A stretch of DNA of 64,000 bases from Phoronis australis. Its lineage: Eukaryota > Animalia > Phoronida. The number at the start of each line of letters is the position of its first letter. Position 1 is the first letter of the stretch. The notes beneath the pieces are model-generated. The model ran no database searches and was not told the DNA's origin. It was given only the letters and a program-made list of their open reading frames with translations. Both the position numbers and the translations under genes were made by a program. Below, piece after piece: positions 1 to 10,790 of this stretch. The DNA lies in the NCBI GenBank assembly GCA_002633005.1, contig NMRA01000637.1, positions 1 to 64,000 on the forward strand. The letters are read 5' to 3'.

Positions 1-44
1 GTCAAGATGAAAGACATGACGTANATGTGTCCACTTTGACTCAC

Positions 45-180
45 CTGAGAGCATAGGTATGGGAGGGGCTGGGTCAACTGGGGGGCTGTTGCTGGCTCTG
101 CTACGTCGAAATGTTGGGTCAATGACTTCTGCAATATTGAAGGGGACAGATGACATCTCAGAGCCCTCTTGAGGATCAAC
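45..180 (-). CDS. Internal coding exon of an unidentified neighbouring gene, VDPQEGSEMSSVPFNIAEVIDPTFRRSRASNSPPVDPAPPIPMLS
   Basis: aagtttcag| acceptor, open frame of 45 codons + 1 nt, CAG|gtgagt donor, GC-richer than flanks. Confidence 0.6.
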
Positions 181-849
181 CTGAAACTTAGCCCTGAAAC
201 GAAACACAAATTACGATTGGAGTGGAGTTTATAACAGAGAGTATAAAAATGATTAATGGTTTCTGTACTAGGAGTACAATTAACAGAGAGTAATTTATTG
301 AGATGATTAGTGATTACTATACAAGCTTGATGAACACCTGTTCATTGCAATAAAACTGATTGCGAGTAATCAACTAAATGTGAAGTAATAATAGAAGGAA
401 ATGGAGACAAGGCAATTATCCTTCACAGGTTGCAGTAGACTTCATTATTCAGTTAACAAACAATAACAATATTGATAATCTCTATGCTTTTACCTAATGA
501 ATACAATACTCAAAACAAAGCAGTGATATGTATCCACACTACACCACAAACGGCATGTTTACATGATGCTTATCAGTTTCATGAAAGACACAAGGAAACA
601 ACAATTTGATCAAAAGAGGTAGCTGCAACAGTCAGAATTGAAAAAAAGTGTTGGTATCTCACCCTTTAAAGCTAACATCAAAATAAAAAATCAAAACGCT
701 TAAAAATAAAAAGTTTTCAACATCAGCAACGAATAAATAAAACATGCGAAAAAGGACACAGCACTAGGTAACCAAAAACAGCAGATCTAGTGTATGACAT
801 AAAACATACAATGAGGTTAGGCAAATACAGTGAGCAATACCAGTTGGAA

Positions 850-1890
850 TCAGCTTGAAACTAGAAGCTGCCAACAACTCCAAAATGGAAGTCACTAGGG
901 AGGCTGAAGTTAAAGCAAATGTCTGAAAATTGACTGCAACCAGCACACTGCTATCACACTGCCAGCACACTGCCAGCACACTGTCAGCACACTGCTATCA
1001 CACTGCCATCACACTGTTATCACACTGCCAGCACACTGCCAGCACACTGCCATCACACTGTCAGCACACTGCCATCACACTGCCATCACACATCCCTGTG
1101 TCAAATTTTCATTGAAACTGTTAATTGGTTCGCTGTATATCATCTGGAAAATGCTCTTCCTCCCAAAATATACTGAACAATCACTGTTAAAGGCAAAATG
1201 GCATCTAGGTGTTAAAGAGTTCTAGTTCAGCCCAAAATCAACTTGTACAGGTGCATTTCCATCACATATTCCTATGTTAAATTAAGTTTCATTGAAACTG
1301 CAATCAGTTTAGTCTCCAAAAGTACTGAAAAGCCCACCCCAGGAACCGGGGCACATGTATTTCCCCAGTGATGTCCAATGCCTTTGAGCAAACTTTCATC
1401 AAAATACAACCTAGGGATTTTGAGATATCCAGCAGACAACTGGACAAAATGGACACTAGGAGGTGCTGTAGAAGTCAAATCCGCGTGAAAAATTACTGGT
1501 CCCAAACCAAATCGCTGTCACATACTTTAGTGTCATTAAAATTCATCAATCAGTTTTCCAGATATCAAAAGCATTTGAAAAAGTAACTTTGTGAGCCCAA
1601 AATGGCCACTAGGGGGTGCTGCAGTGACCAAAGCCACATTGTTGTGGCCAACCACTGTGTCAGGTTTCACTGAAAGTTGTCAATCACTTACTTATATATC
1701 ATCTGGAAACAATCTTTCCAAAAATACTGAACAACCTGCTCCCCGACCCAGGGGTGGAGGCAAATTGAAAAGTGGCATGCAATGCCCTAGTTACACAAAC
1801 AACACCTTTGTGCCAAATTTCATCAAAATACAACCAGGAGATTTTGAGCATCAGACAACTAAAGAACAGATGAATAAGCATACAAAACAG
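850..1890. repeat. Degenerate repeat element with internally duplicated modules
   Basis: Recurrent blocks TTTCATCAAAATACAACC..GATTTTGAG (1393, 1818), ATATCATCTGGAAA..AAAATA..CTGAACAA (1137, 1696), CACTAGG..G..GCT (893, 1455, 1607). Confidence 0.55.
941..1090. repeat. 11-bp minisatellite (CCAGCACACTG / CTATCACACTG variants)
   Basis: About 13 degenerate tandem copies. Confidence 0.9.
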
Positions 1891-1891
1891 C

Positions 1892-1996
1892 CACTGGGAG
1901 ATGTAGTGCAGGGAGATGTAGCGCTGGGAGATGTAGTGCTGGGAGATGCAGCACTGGGAGATGTAGCGCTGGGAGATGTAGCGCTGGGAGATGCAG
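1892..1996. repeat. 15-bp minisatellite GCGCTGGGAGATGTA
   Basis: About 7 copies ending at an N (1997). Confidence 0.9.
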
Positions 1997-2602
1997 NATG
2001 AACACTCATAGAACCAAATCATTTGTTGTGCGGTTGCTTGAATTCTGTCACAGCGTCAGCAACTTTTCGGGTGGACCCTGTTAGGCCAATATTTTGCAGA
2101 GGTTCAATTCTTGGGAGACAAAATATCACACGTTTACAGGTTTTCAAAATCAGAATTTAAAAGAATGTGCAATATTGCCACCAGTGGTGACTGGACTGGT
2201 CACCCACTTATGGATACAGGTGATGGCATTTCTGCACGTGTTCACAAAGGCCAGTTAACACTCTTCAACAAATTTTTCCTGCATAAAAAGACTTAAACAT
2301 GTGACCCTGTTTTATCATTTCTAAAGCTTAGACGATGAACATCATTCATCCAGGTGAAATATAACTAGATGCAAAAAGATTATAAATCACACTTTCGAGA
2401 ACTTACTATACAATTGAATGTGATAATTACTTCCCTGTCTCATGTCCATGGCCCGCTTGTAGATGTAGTCTATAAACACCGCCAGAGTGCAACGAAATTT
2501 TTGCGGGAGCCAGTCAGTCATCAATCCCCAGTTCGGAGACAGGGGGCTCTGCAATCAGGGCAAAATCAAGTTGTGATTTATAATTTTCATGTGTATCTAA
2601 AC

Positions 2603-2764
2603 CAGTGCTGTAGGGGGTGTCAACGCACGTATAGGCACAGCCACCACCTTTTGGCATTTGAACGCAGCGCCTACGCACCGCAACTTACGTTCAGTGCTCA
2701 AGGTGATATGATGGGCTTTGGGCACCTACTTACCTCTAATTTTACATGTACCTCTACAGCACTG
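2603..2764. mobile_element. Short MITE, hAT-like
   Basis: TIR CAGTGCTGTAGGGG / CCTCTACAGCACTG; flanking 8-mers ATCTAAAC and TTCTAAAG match 6/8. Confidence 0.55.
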
Positions 2765-2820
2765 TTCTAAAGCTTGTGTTATCATTTTATTAATCGAGAT
2801 TTTTTTCATGTTTCTTACAG

Positions 2821-3769
2821 AAAACGGCAAGAGCTCTCTCAGATATGTGGCACTAATAATGAAATAAGGCTTTTCTATGGGCAACGAGGTCACAAATTTT
2901 TTGTTTTTGTTGATTCTGTCACGAAGCGTAACTTCACTCCTAACTTCTCAAAACTGGAGGGCCTCATTAACCTGGGTAACGGCATTTATTTCACTAAAGC
3001 ATCTCACCGCATGCACCGGTCAATGCTGTCTAAAGCAGACGGTCCCGTGGTTATGTTTGTGGGCCGTGTTGCCCTTGGTCTGGTTGGATCTGGTACACAG
3101 GCATCGTCTGTTCACACAGTATTGGATGATTTTGCCAATCCTGGTGTTTACATGGCAACGGAGCACCAGCAGTGTTACCCCGAGTATATTATACAGTATA
3201 CAGTCAATGACATCACTGACTCACCATTGCTGACGTCTGAATCCATGCCAGAACCCGCCTCCTCCATTGCAACTTCTGCAGCTGTGTCTGGTAAGGTTGC
3301 TACGTCTGGCCATGATATCCTTGTGGGGGACATGCCACCACCTTACTCAGAGATTGACCAGCAGCTTGGAGGTAGTTCTGCGAGAAACCCCATTCCTGTG
3401 GTCCGGTTTTTTAGGAACTCTCTTCAAAGCAGTCCAGTTCCTCTGACCAATCCAGTGTCTGATGTACCCACGACTGTGAAGGACGTCATTCCAGGTCAAG
3501 CTAATTCCACTCGTGTTACCTCGTGTTCTCCTATTCCGCATCCCCTTCTGCCTGACAGAAAAGAACATGCCATCAATTATCACATGATGAAGAATGTCAA
3601 TCCTAACAGAAATCCATTAGCAGCACCCTCGGTAAGTCGTCAAAATGTCGAAGGCGAGAAGGTTCTTGGTAGTGAACAGAGACAACAACAGAGGTCAGCA
3701 CTTCCACCTAGTGCTGGGAGAAGACCTGCCATTACCCCACGAAAGTCCAAGTTAGGTATCTTCCCTTAA
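2821..3769 (+). CDS. Exon encoding a PARP12/PARP13/TIPARP-like ADP-ribosyltransferase domain (probably inactive) plus a Pro/Ser-rich tail
   Basis: ttttcatgtttcttacag acceptor ending 2820. Motifs NEIRLFYG, FVDSVTKRNF, LGNGIYFT, MFVGRVALG, HTVLDDFANPGVY, QCYPEYIIQY align with mono-ART PARP catalytic domains. Upstream exons not found. Confidence 0.8.
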
Positions 3770-4144
3770 TAACCCAGTGAGTGTTGCGGATACAGCCAGT
3801 GGGTTGAATGTTGGCTTGGCTACGAGGCCAGTTTATTGTAACCCCTATGAGCCACAGTCCAGCTCAGCAGCTTACTCAGTTGGATATCCTATGTCTTATC
3901 CGGCTCCTCCAAAATGATTCCAGGATGAATGATGTATGCCTGCAAAGTGTGATTGCATAATAAATCGAACCTGGGCAATTTCTTGTTTACCATGCTTTAA
4001 TTGAAGGCAGTAAAAACTTCTCAGAAGGTCAGTTTGGTAGAGAATTTATTACCTTCATGTTGTTTTTGAGATTGAATGTTTCTAGAGCTACTGAACAAGA
4101 CCAAGTGGTTTTCTTCTTCCCCGTTATGATAGCAGTTCTCGTTN

Positions 4145-5650
4145 GAAGTAGAGAGAAGCAAAATTCCTTACATATGGGCAGAGTGTGACCATTATAACTG
4201 GAATTTGATATATTCCAAAGGCCCTCTTTTGGGCTGTCCGAAGTTTCTTAGTGTTACCAAAACCCCAAGTTGCAATGCTGTAGTTTGAATGTGGGAGGAC
4301 AAGTGAATTATACATTAACTGAGAGAGAGAGAGAGAAAGATAGGATTTCAATTGATATGAGTTCAGAGATTGTTAAGTTTGTTTGAAATGAGGTTTACGT
4401 GGGAGACCATGAAAGGTGTTTGACAACGGCAATACCAAGGAACTGTCGACATGACATATTAGTCTATTTATATGGTGAAAATAATACATTTTTCAATTTT
4501 CTTGTGGTGGTGGAGCAAGATCATTAATCTGCTTTTAGATGTATTAATTGAATGTTTGTTCACGGAAAACCAGACTGAAATAGACTTAAGGTTGTTGTTG
4601 ATGGTGGCTGATTCTTGCAACAGTGAGACTGTAAAGTGTGATGAGACAAAATTAATGTCCTTAGCATAAACAAGTGTGTCAATGGGGAAAGAAGACAGGA
4701 GATCGTTGATGTAAACTAAGAAGAGAAGCATGCCAAGCACAGAGTCTTGGGGAACTCCGATAGATATTGGTATTAAGCAACTGGAAGTCGTATCCTTAAG
4801 CGAAACATATTGGGTACGGTTTGAGAGATAATTTTTATACAGTGTCTATTCAACGTACTCCAGTATTACCATGAAGATTCATCTTTTGTAAGAGTATTTG
4901 GTGGTCTATTGTATCGAAAGATTTAGAGAGATCAAGAACGATGACCAAGGAATTCAAGATGGGAACAAATGCGGTCTAAACTGAGTTCAAGCAAAGCAAG
5001 TTCTGTAGAGTGACCTTTCCTGAAGCCATATTGATGTTTATAAAGAATATCATTTTTATTTAGGAAAGTTGAAAGTTGTGTACGGATATTTTTCTATAAT
5101 TTTTCAGATTGTTGGGAGAATAGAAATGGGTCTATAATTGTCCGGGTGCAAAGGGTCCATACCATGTTGGTTAAAAACTGGAATTACCTTAGCAATCTTG
5201 AGAGCATCTGGAAATATACCAATGTGAAAGCATTGATTGATGGTCGTGAGAGAGGCTCGGTTATAAACCAACTGCTTATTGTGCTAATAAGTTTTAGATA
5301 AGTAGTCAAGACCACTTTTTTGTGTCCACGTCTCTAATATCTAGTATGTTTATTATTAATGTGTTTGAAAGAGAATTTCAATTTGTTTGGCGTGGGAAGA
5401 TAAGTCTTTGAAATTCTTGTTCTTTGTAACAGTTACTAGTCAAATCTATGCATATTTCATAAATACTATAACAATTTGGATTAACTGTTCAGTGATGGAT
5501 AAGTAACTCGGGTAGTTTCATGCTGTCGACGGCAGCGACCCCAAGTATAGTAATAATGAACTAACCTGATGATGCGCTGATGGTGTATCTCCACGCATAG
5601 ATAGCAGGATTCAGTTTGATGGTATATCCCGTGATCAATGATCAATGACA
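4145..5650 (-). mobile_element. Degenerate non-LTR retrotransposon (L2/CR1 group) reverse transcriptase fragment, copy 1
   Basis: GVPQDSVLGMLLFLVYIND, YAKD (for YADD), HQYGFRKGHSTELAL, YNSLVLPHSNY..WG motifs with stops and frameshifts. Confidence 0.88.
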
Positions 5651-6390
5651 AAAAACCAACTTTTTTTCCAACTACTCACAACTGAAGGGCCTCGCTAACT
5701 TGGGTGACGGCTTTTACTTCACTAAAACGTCTAGCCACATGCACCAGCTAATGCAGTCTAAAGCAAACGGTCCCCTGTTTATTATGTTTGTGGGCCGTGT
5801 TGCCCTTGGTTGGGTTGGCACTCGTTCACAGGTGTCGTCTGTTCACACAGTAGTGGATGATTTTGCCAAGCCTACTGTTTACAAGGCAATGGAGAATCAG
5901 CAGTGTTACCCTGAGTATGTTATACGGTATGTAGTCAATGATATCACTGACTCACCATTGCTGACATGTGAATCCATGCCAGAACTCGCTTCCTCCATTG
6001 CAACTTCTAGAGCTGTTTATGGTAATGTTACTCTGTCTAGCCATGGCGTCCCTATGGGTGAAATGCCACCACCTTACTCAGAAATTGACCAGCACCTTCA
6101 GTAAGTCGTCAAAATGTTGAAGGTGAACAGAACCAACAACAGAGGTCAGCACCTCCACCTAGTGTTGGGGAAAATCTGCCATTACCCCTCAAAAGTCGAA
6201 ATTAGCTGTATCTTCCCTACCCAGTGAGTGTCGTGGATGCAGCCAGTGGACTAAATGTAGGCTTGCCTACGAGGCCAGTTGACCGTAACCCCTATGGCCC
6301 ACAGTCCAGCACTCTTGCAGTTATAGCTTACCCAGTTGGATATCCTTCCTCTTATCTGGCTGTTGCAAAGGGATTCCAGGATGAATGATT
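5650..6390 (+). pseudogene. 5'-truncated, frameshifted duplicate of the PARP-like exon
   Basis: Homologous to ~2920-3935 (LGDGFYFTK, MFVGRVALG, QCYPEYVIRY, MPPPYSEID). Lacks the acceptor and LFYG segment; a 262-nt deletion gives a TAA at 6102-6104. Confidence 0.8.
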
Positions 6391-9300
6391 CATAATAATC
6401 CATTTTGTTTGCATTTGACTCGCCAGCACTTGTAACCAAAGCATTTTGTGCGGTACTTTTTCTTTTATTTTCAAATGAAATCTGAATTGTTTGACAAATA
6501 AATTCACACGGCTTGATATCTTTGTCATTTGCAATGGTGTACAACATCTCTCTAGTATGCTTTTCACCACACCCTGAGCGTTAACCGGGTGAATACTGTA
6601 CATTATTTTGGAGTTGGCATGAGCAGTTGTCATCTAAGTGTGGACAAACATCATGTTGTAGTCTTATTGAAGGATATCTGTAGATTTAATATGTAAAGTG
6701 ACTTGAGTCAACCCAAAAATAAATACCTTCATTCCTTAAGTGAATGACTGTGATTGGAAGTGTAGATATATGATGTGCCATTTTCTTTGAAACTGTTAGA
6801 ATAGTTGAATGTTGCATGTGATAATGCAATTCTAATTCATGATTGCAAGATTTATTATATGTGAGCTGAGGTTGTAGCTCGTAACATTGAGTTTCTGCGA
6901 AGTTGGTGAGTCAGCGAGTTACGTCCAAGTTATATCATAAATGCTGAAGAGGATTGAGAATCATAGCTGAGTTAGCTGAAAATTATTCTTCCAAATGGTT
7001 TTACTTTTCATAAAAATATGATATTGATCAGACATTCATAACCAGTCATGTTATCAGCAGGCTGTGAGGTCTATCAGTTCATTTGGTTGTGATATTTCCA
7101 TCTAGAACTGTAGAATAAAACAGCAGAAAAAATAGTCAATTCACGAACTTTTGGCCAGGCAGATCTATCGACTTTATACAATATCCATTTCATGATACTT
7201 GTCACTGACAGCACTGCATGTTCAGAAATTGTGACTTGTGCAGGTGAGACTCCATTAGCACTTAAAGTTTTTATGAAACGGGGCTAAAGATAGTACAAGA
7301 TGTAATTATAAGAAGATTTGTTTATGACAACGGGATTTGCGAGGGCTTGGAGAGAAACAGGAAGGGGAGGGTGGGAAGGAGGGAGAGACATTAATAATAA
7401 TACAGTACTTAAATAATGAGTGCGATTTAAATTAGGCCTTCTAAAGGTTTTTGACCGCTATTAAGAAGGTCCCCAGTACAAAAATAAATAAGCAGAAATG
7501 AAAAAATCGGTAAGAATAAATGAATAAGCCAAAATAGGAAGATAAAGAAAGTGAGATTTTGGGAAAGCAATTAGATACTGTTACGTATGAAGCAATTGGG
7601 AATATTACAAACTGGATCGTAGTTGATAGTAATAAAATTGGTTAAGAACCTGGAGAATGCTTGCAAAGAGTGTTTTTATAATACATGTATGTAGAGCAGA
7701 GACAGGGATTTCGTTGTTTATAAGGCGAGGAATTTCAAATCTGACACAGGCTCCTGCTTGATGACAATTTGTTAGATTGAGGAATCAAAAATTTTGGGTT
7801 GTATTGTCGGAATAGCAGCTGAGTATTTATTCAGGTATGTTTGAGTTTTAATGTTTGCGGTTGGTTTATATTTGATGGGTCCACTAAAGAAGTCGTTCCT
7901 ATAAAAATACTTAGGAAGCTGAGGAATTGTAGTAAAATTTTGCAGTTGAGATTTTAATGATTTCATGAAGTAGAGGGAGGTAAAGATCCTTACATATGGG
8001 CAGAGCTTGAGCATTATAACTGGAATTTGATATATTCCGAAGGATTCTCTTCTGGGCTGTCTGAAGTTTCTTAGTGTTGCCAAAACCTCGAGTTGAAATG
8101 CCGTAGATTAAATGTGGGAGGTCAAATGAAATGTATATTAACTCGAGAACTGGGAGAGGAAGGTAGGATTTCAATTTATATATATGAGTCCACCGAGATT
8201 GTTAAGTTTGTTAGGGGACCATGTAAGGCTTTTGTCAACAGATATACAAAGGAAAGGGAAACTGTAAACATGACATATTATTTTGCTATTGATATAAATA
8301 AAAAAAAAACAGTGCAGGTGGTCTGATGTCATTTGCGGTGCATCAGACGTGCGCAGGCCTCATGGTTGGGCCCATTGCACAAAACATATATAATATATAT
8401 AAATGGTGGAAATAATATATTTTTCGGTTTTCTTTTGGGGGTAGTGGAAGATCATTAATTTACGTTTTGATGTATTAATTGAAAGTTTGTTCACAAAAAA
8501 ACAGACTGTAATAGATTTAAGAGTAGTTGTTGATGGTGATGGTGGCTGATTGTTTCGAAGTGTGTCGAGCAGATTGATTCAGTGAGAACGTAAGGTGTGA
8601 CGAGACAGATGTAGTTTGCATAAAGAAGTGTGTCAATGGGGGAAGAAAATGGGAGATTGTTGTTGTAAATTAAGAAAAGAAGCGTGCCAAGGACAGAGCC
8701 TTGGGGAACTCCGCTAGATATTTGGTAATAAGCAACTGGAAATTGTATTTCTTAGTGAAACATATTGGGTGCGGTTTGAGAGATAATTTTTAAACAGTGT
8801 ATATTCAACTCCAGTAATACCATAGGGATTCATCTTTTGTAAGAGTATTTGGTGGTCTATTGTGTCGAAAGACTTAGAGAGATCGAGGGAGATGACCCAA
8901 GGAATTCATGTCGTTATCAAGATGGGAACAAATGCAGTCTAAAAATTCAAGTAAAGCAAGTTCTGTGGAGTGACATTTCCTGAAGCCATATTGGTGTTTA
9001 TAAAGAACATCATTTTCATTTAGGAAAGTTGAAAGTTGTGTATGGAGAATTTTTTGAGATTGTTGGGAGAATAGAAATGGGTCTATAATTGCCAGGGTGC
9101 TCTGGGTCCAAACCATGTTTAAAAACAGGGATTATTTAGCAATCTTGAGTGCATCTGGTAATATACCAGTGTGCAAGCACTGGTTGATGATGGTCGTGAG
9201 AGGTTCAATTATAAAAGGACTGCTTATTTTGATAATTTTAGATAACTTGTCGTGACCAGTACTACTTTTATGTCCATGTCTCTTATAGTATGTAGTACAT

Positions 9301-9512
9301 GTTTATTAATGTGTTTGAAAGAGAATTTATATTTGTTTGGCGTGTAAGATAGTGTTTGAAATTCTTGTTCTTTGTAATAGTCAAGTCAAATCTATGCATA
9401 TTTCATGAATACTATAACAATGTGGATTAACTGTTCAGTGATGGATAAGTATTTCTGGTAGTTTCACGCAGTCGACCGTAGCAACCCCAGGTGACTACAT
9501 GTATAGTAATAA

Positions 9513-10790
9513 AGGCGAAGGCAACCTTTTTTCATGTCACTTTTAGCAAAAATAAGGTCTGTTGATTAACCCAGACATATTTTCACTTAATTACAGCTTT
9601 TCGTAATTTAATTAATTTCTCGTCCTCTACTCCGGAAGTGACGTTTTGGGAGGCAAGAATATCGCGCCAATTTCTTTTCATACAGTCAGACTGTGAGATC
9701 TATCAAGTCAGTCATTGTTCTTCCTCGGATGTGATAAGTTCGGTCGTCGTTTGCTTTTTGTTTACGAGTCAGTCAACATACCACGCTGTTGCTGCGTACC
9801 AGTATGTACTCATCGTCTCACACGCGCTTTGGGTACCTTGCGTCGCTTTCCAAAGGATGACACACTTCGCCGTACTTGGCTAGCTCGTTCGTGTGAAGAA
9901 CGCAGCGCTACCCGTTCACGCAACGTACAAAGCAGTGGTAAGCATTTTCAGCTGTCAGATTGCGACAGAGATATGTACGCTGAATTGACGAAGGTCCTTG
10001 TGAAACAACGCCTGAAGAAGGGTTCCATACCGTACTCGCTGCTGATTCCCGGCAGTGCCCCGTCGCCACCCCCGAGAAGTGCGTTTTTGAAGCGAGAAGC
10101 CTCGCGAGCTGTGGCCACTATAAACAGTGACTAGAGGCACTTCATCCATTGTCACCCATGCCTCCGAGGTGCAATTCCAGGAACTTGCAATGATTCCCCA
10201 TGTGTTTGTCTCTAGCCCAGAGCCTGGAAGCAGCCCTGCAGCCATGTTGAGTAGTGGGAGTGAATACAGGCCCAGTTTGACACCCAATGAAAAGTACAGT
10301 TCGTCATCCAATGAACAGATCGGTGAGCCTAAGTTTGATAAGTTTATTGCGGACTTGTATTGGAGCTATTTAGAAGGTGCCACGCGTGTGACGAGGGAGT
10401 CACACGGCGGGACTTTGTAAGCCAGTTTGGGTGCTCAAGTCAGCATCCACTGGGAGTGTGTCGCGGTACACTCGGGCAAGTGGGACAGTTCTTCCTCTGA
10501 GACGATAATGAGTACATCTCGGTAGGCAGCAACAGCGTGGCATGTTGACTGACTCGTAAACAAAAGCAAACGACGACCGAACTTATCACCACCGGGGTAA
10601 AACAATGACTGACTCGACTGCTCTCATAAGAAATTGGCGCGAAATTCTTGCCTCCCAAAACGTCACTTACGGAGTAGACGACGAGTAATTAATTAAATTA
10701 CGAAAAGCTGTAAATAAGTGAAAAATATGTCTGGGATAATCAACGAATCCTATTTTTGCTAAAAATGACATGAAAAAGTTGCTTTCGCCT
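9513..10790 (+). mobile_element. Non-autonomous THAP-domain DNA transposon (Kolobok-like) with ~300-bp terminal inverted repeats
   Basis: Termini AGGCGAAGGCAAC...GTTGCTTTCGCCT; TIRs ~9513-9818 and ~10499-10790; ATAA duplicated relative to the empty site at ~5547-5570; internal THAP remnant. Confidence 0.85.
9778..10134 (+). pseudogene. THAP zinc-finger (C2CH) transposase N-terminal remnant
   Basis: (I/M)PRCCCVPVC...RRFPKDDTLRRTWL...SGKHF...RLKKGSIP; start codon is ATA, third Zn-ligand Cys lost, no DDE domain. Confidence 0.8.

Noticed and set aside
930-2022. Repetitive ORFs (HCQHTAS.., GDVALGDVAL..)
   Set aside because: Translations of 11-bp and 15-bp minisatellites.
3935-4144. Large deletion in duplicate unit 1 relative to unit 2
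   Set aside because: LINE homology resumes exactly at the N at 4144, so the missing sequence may be an unsized assembly gap.
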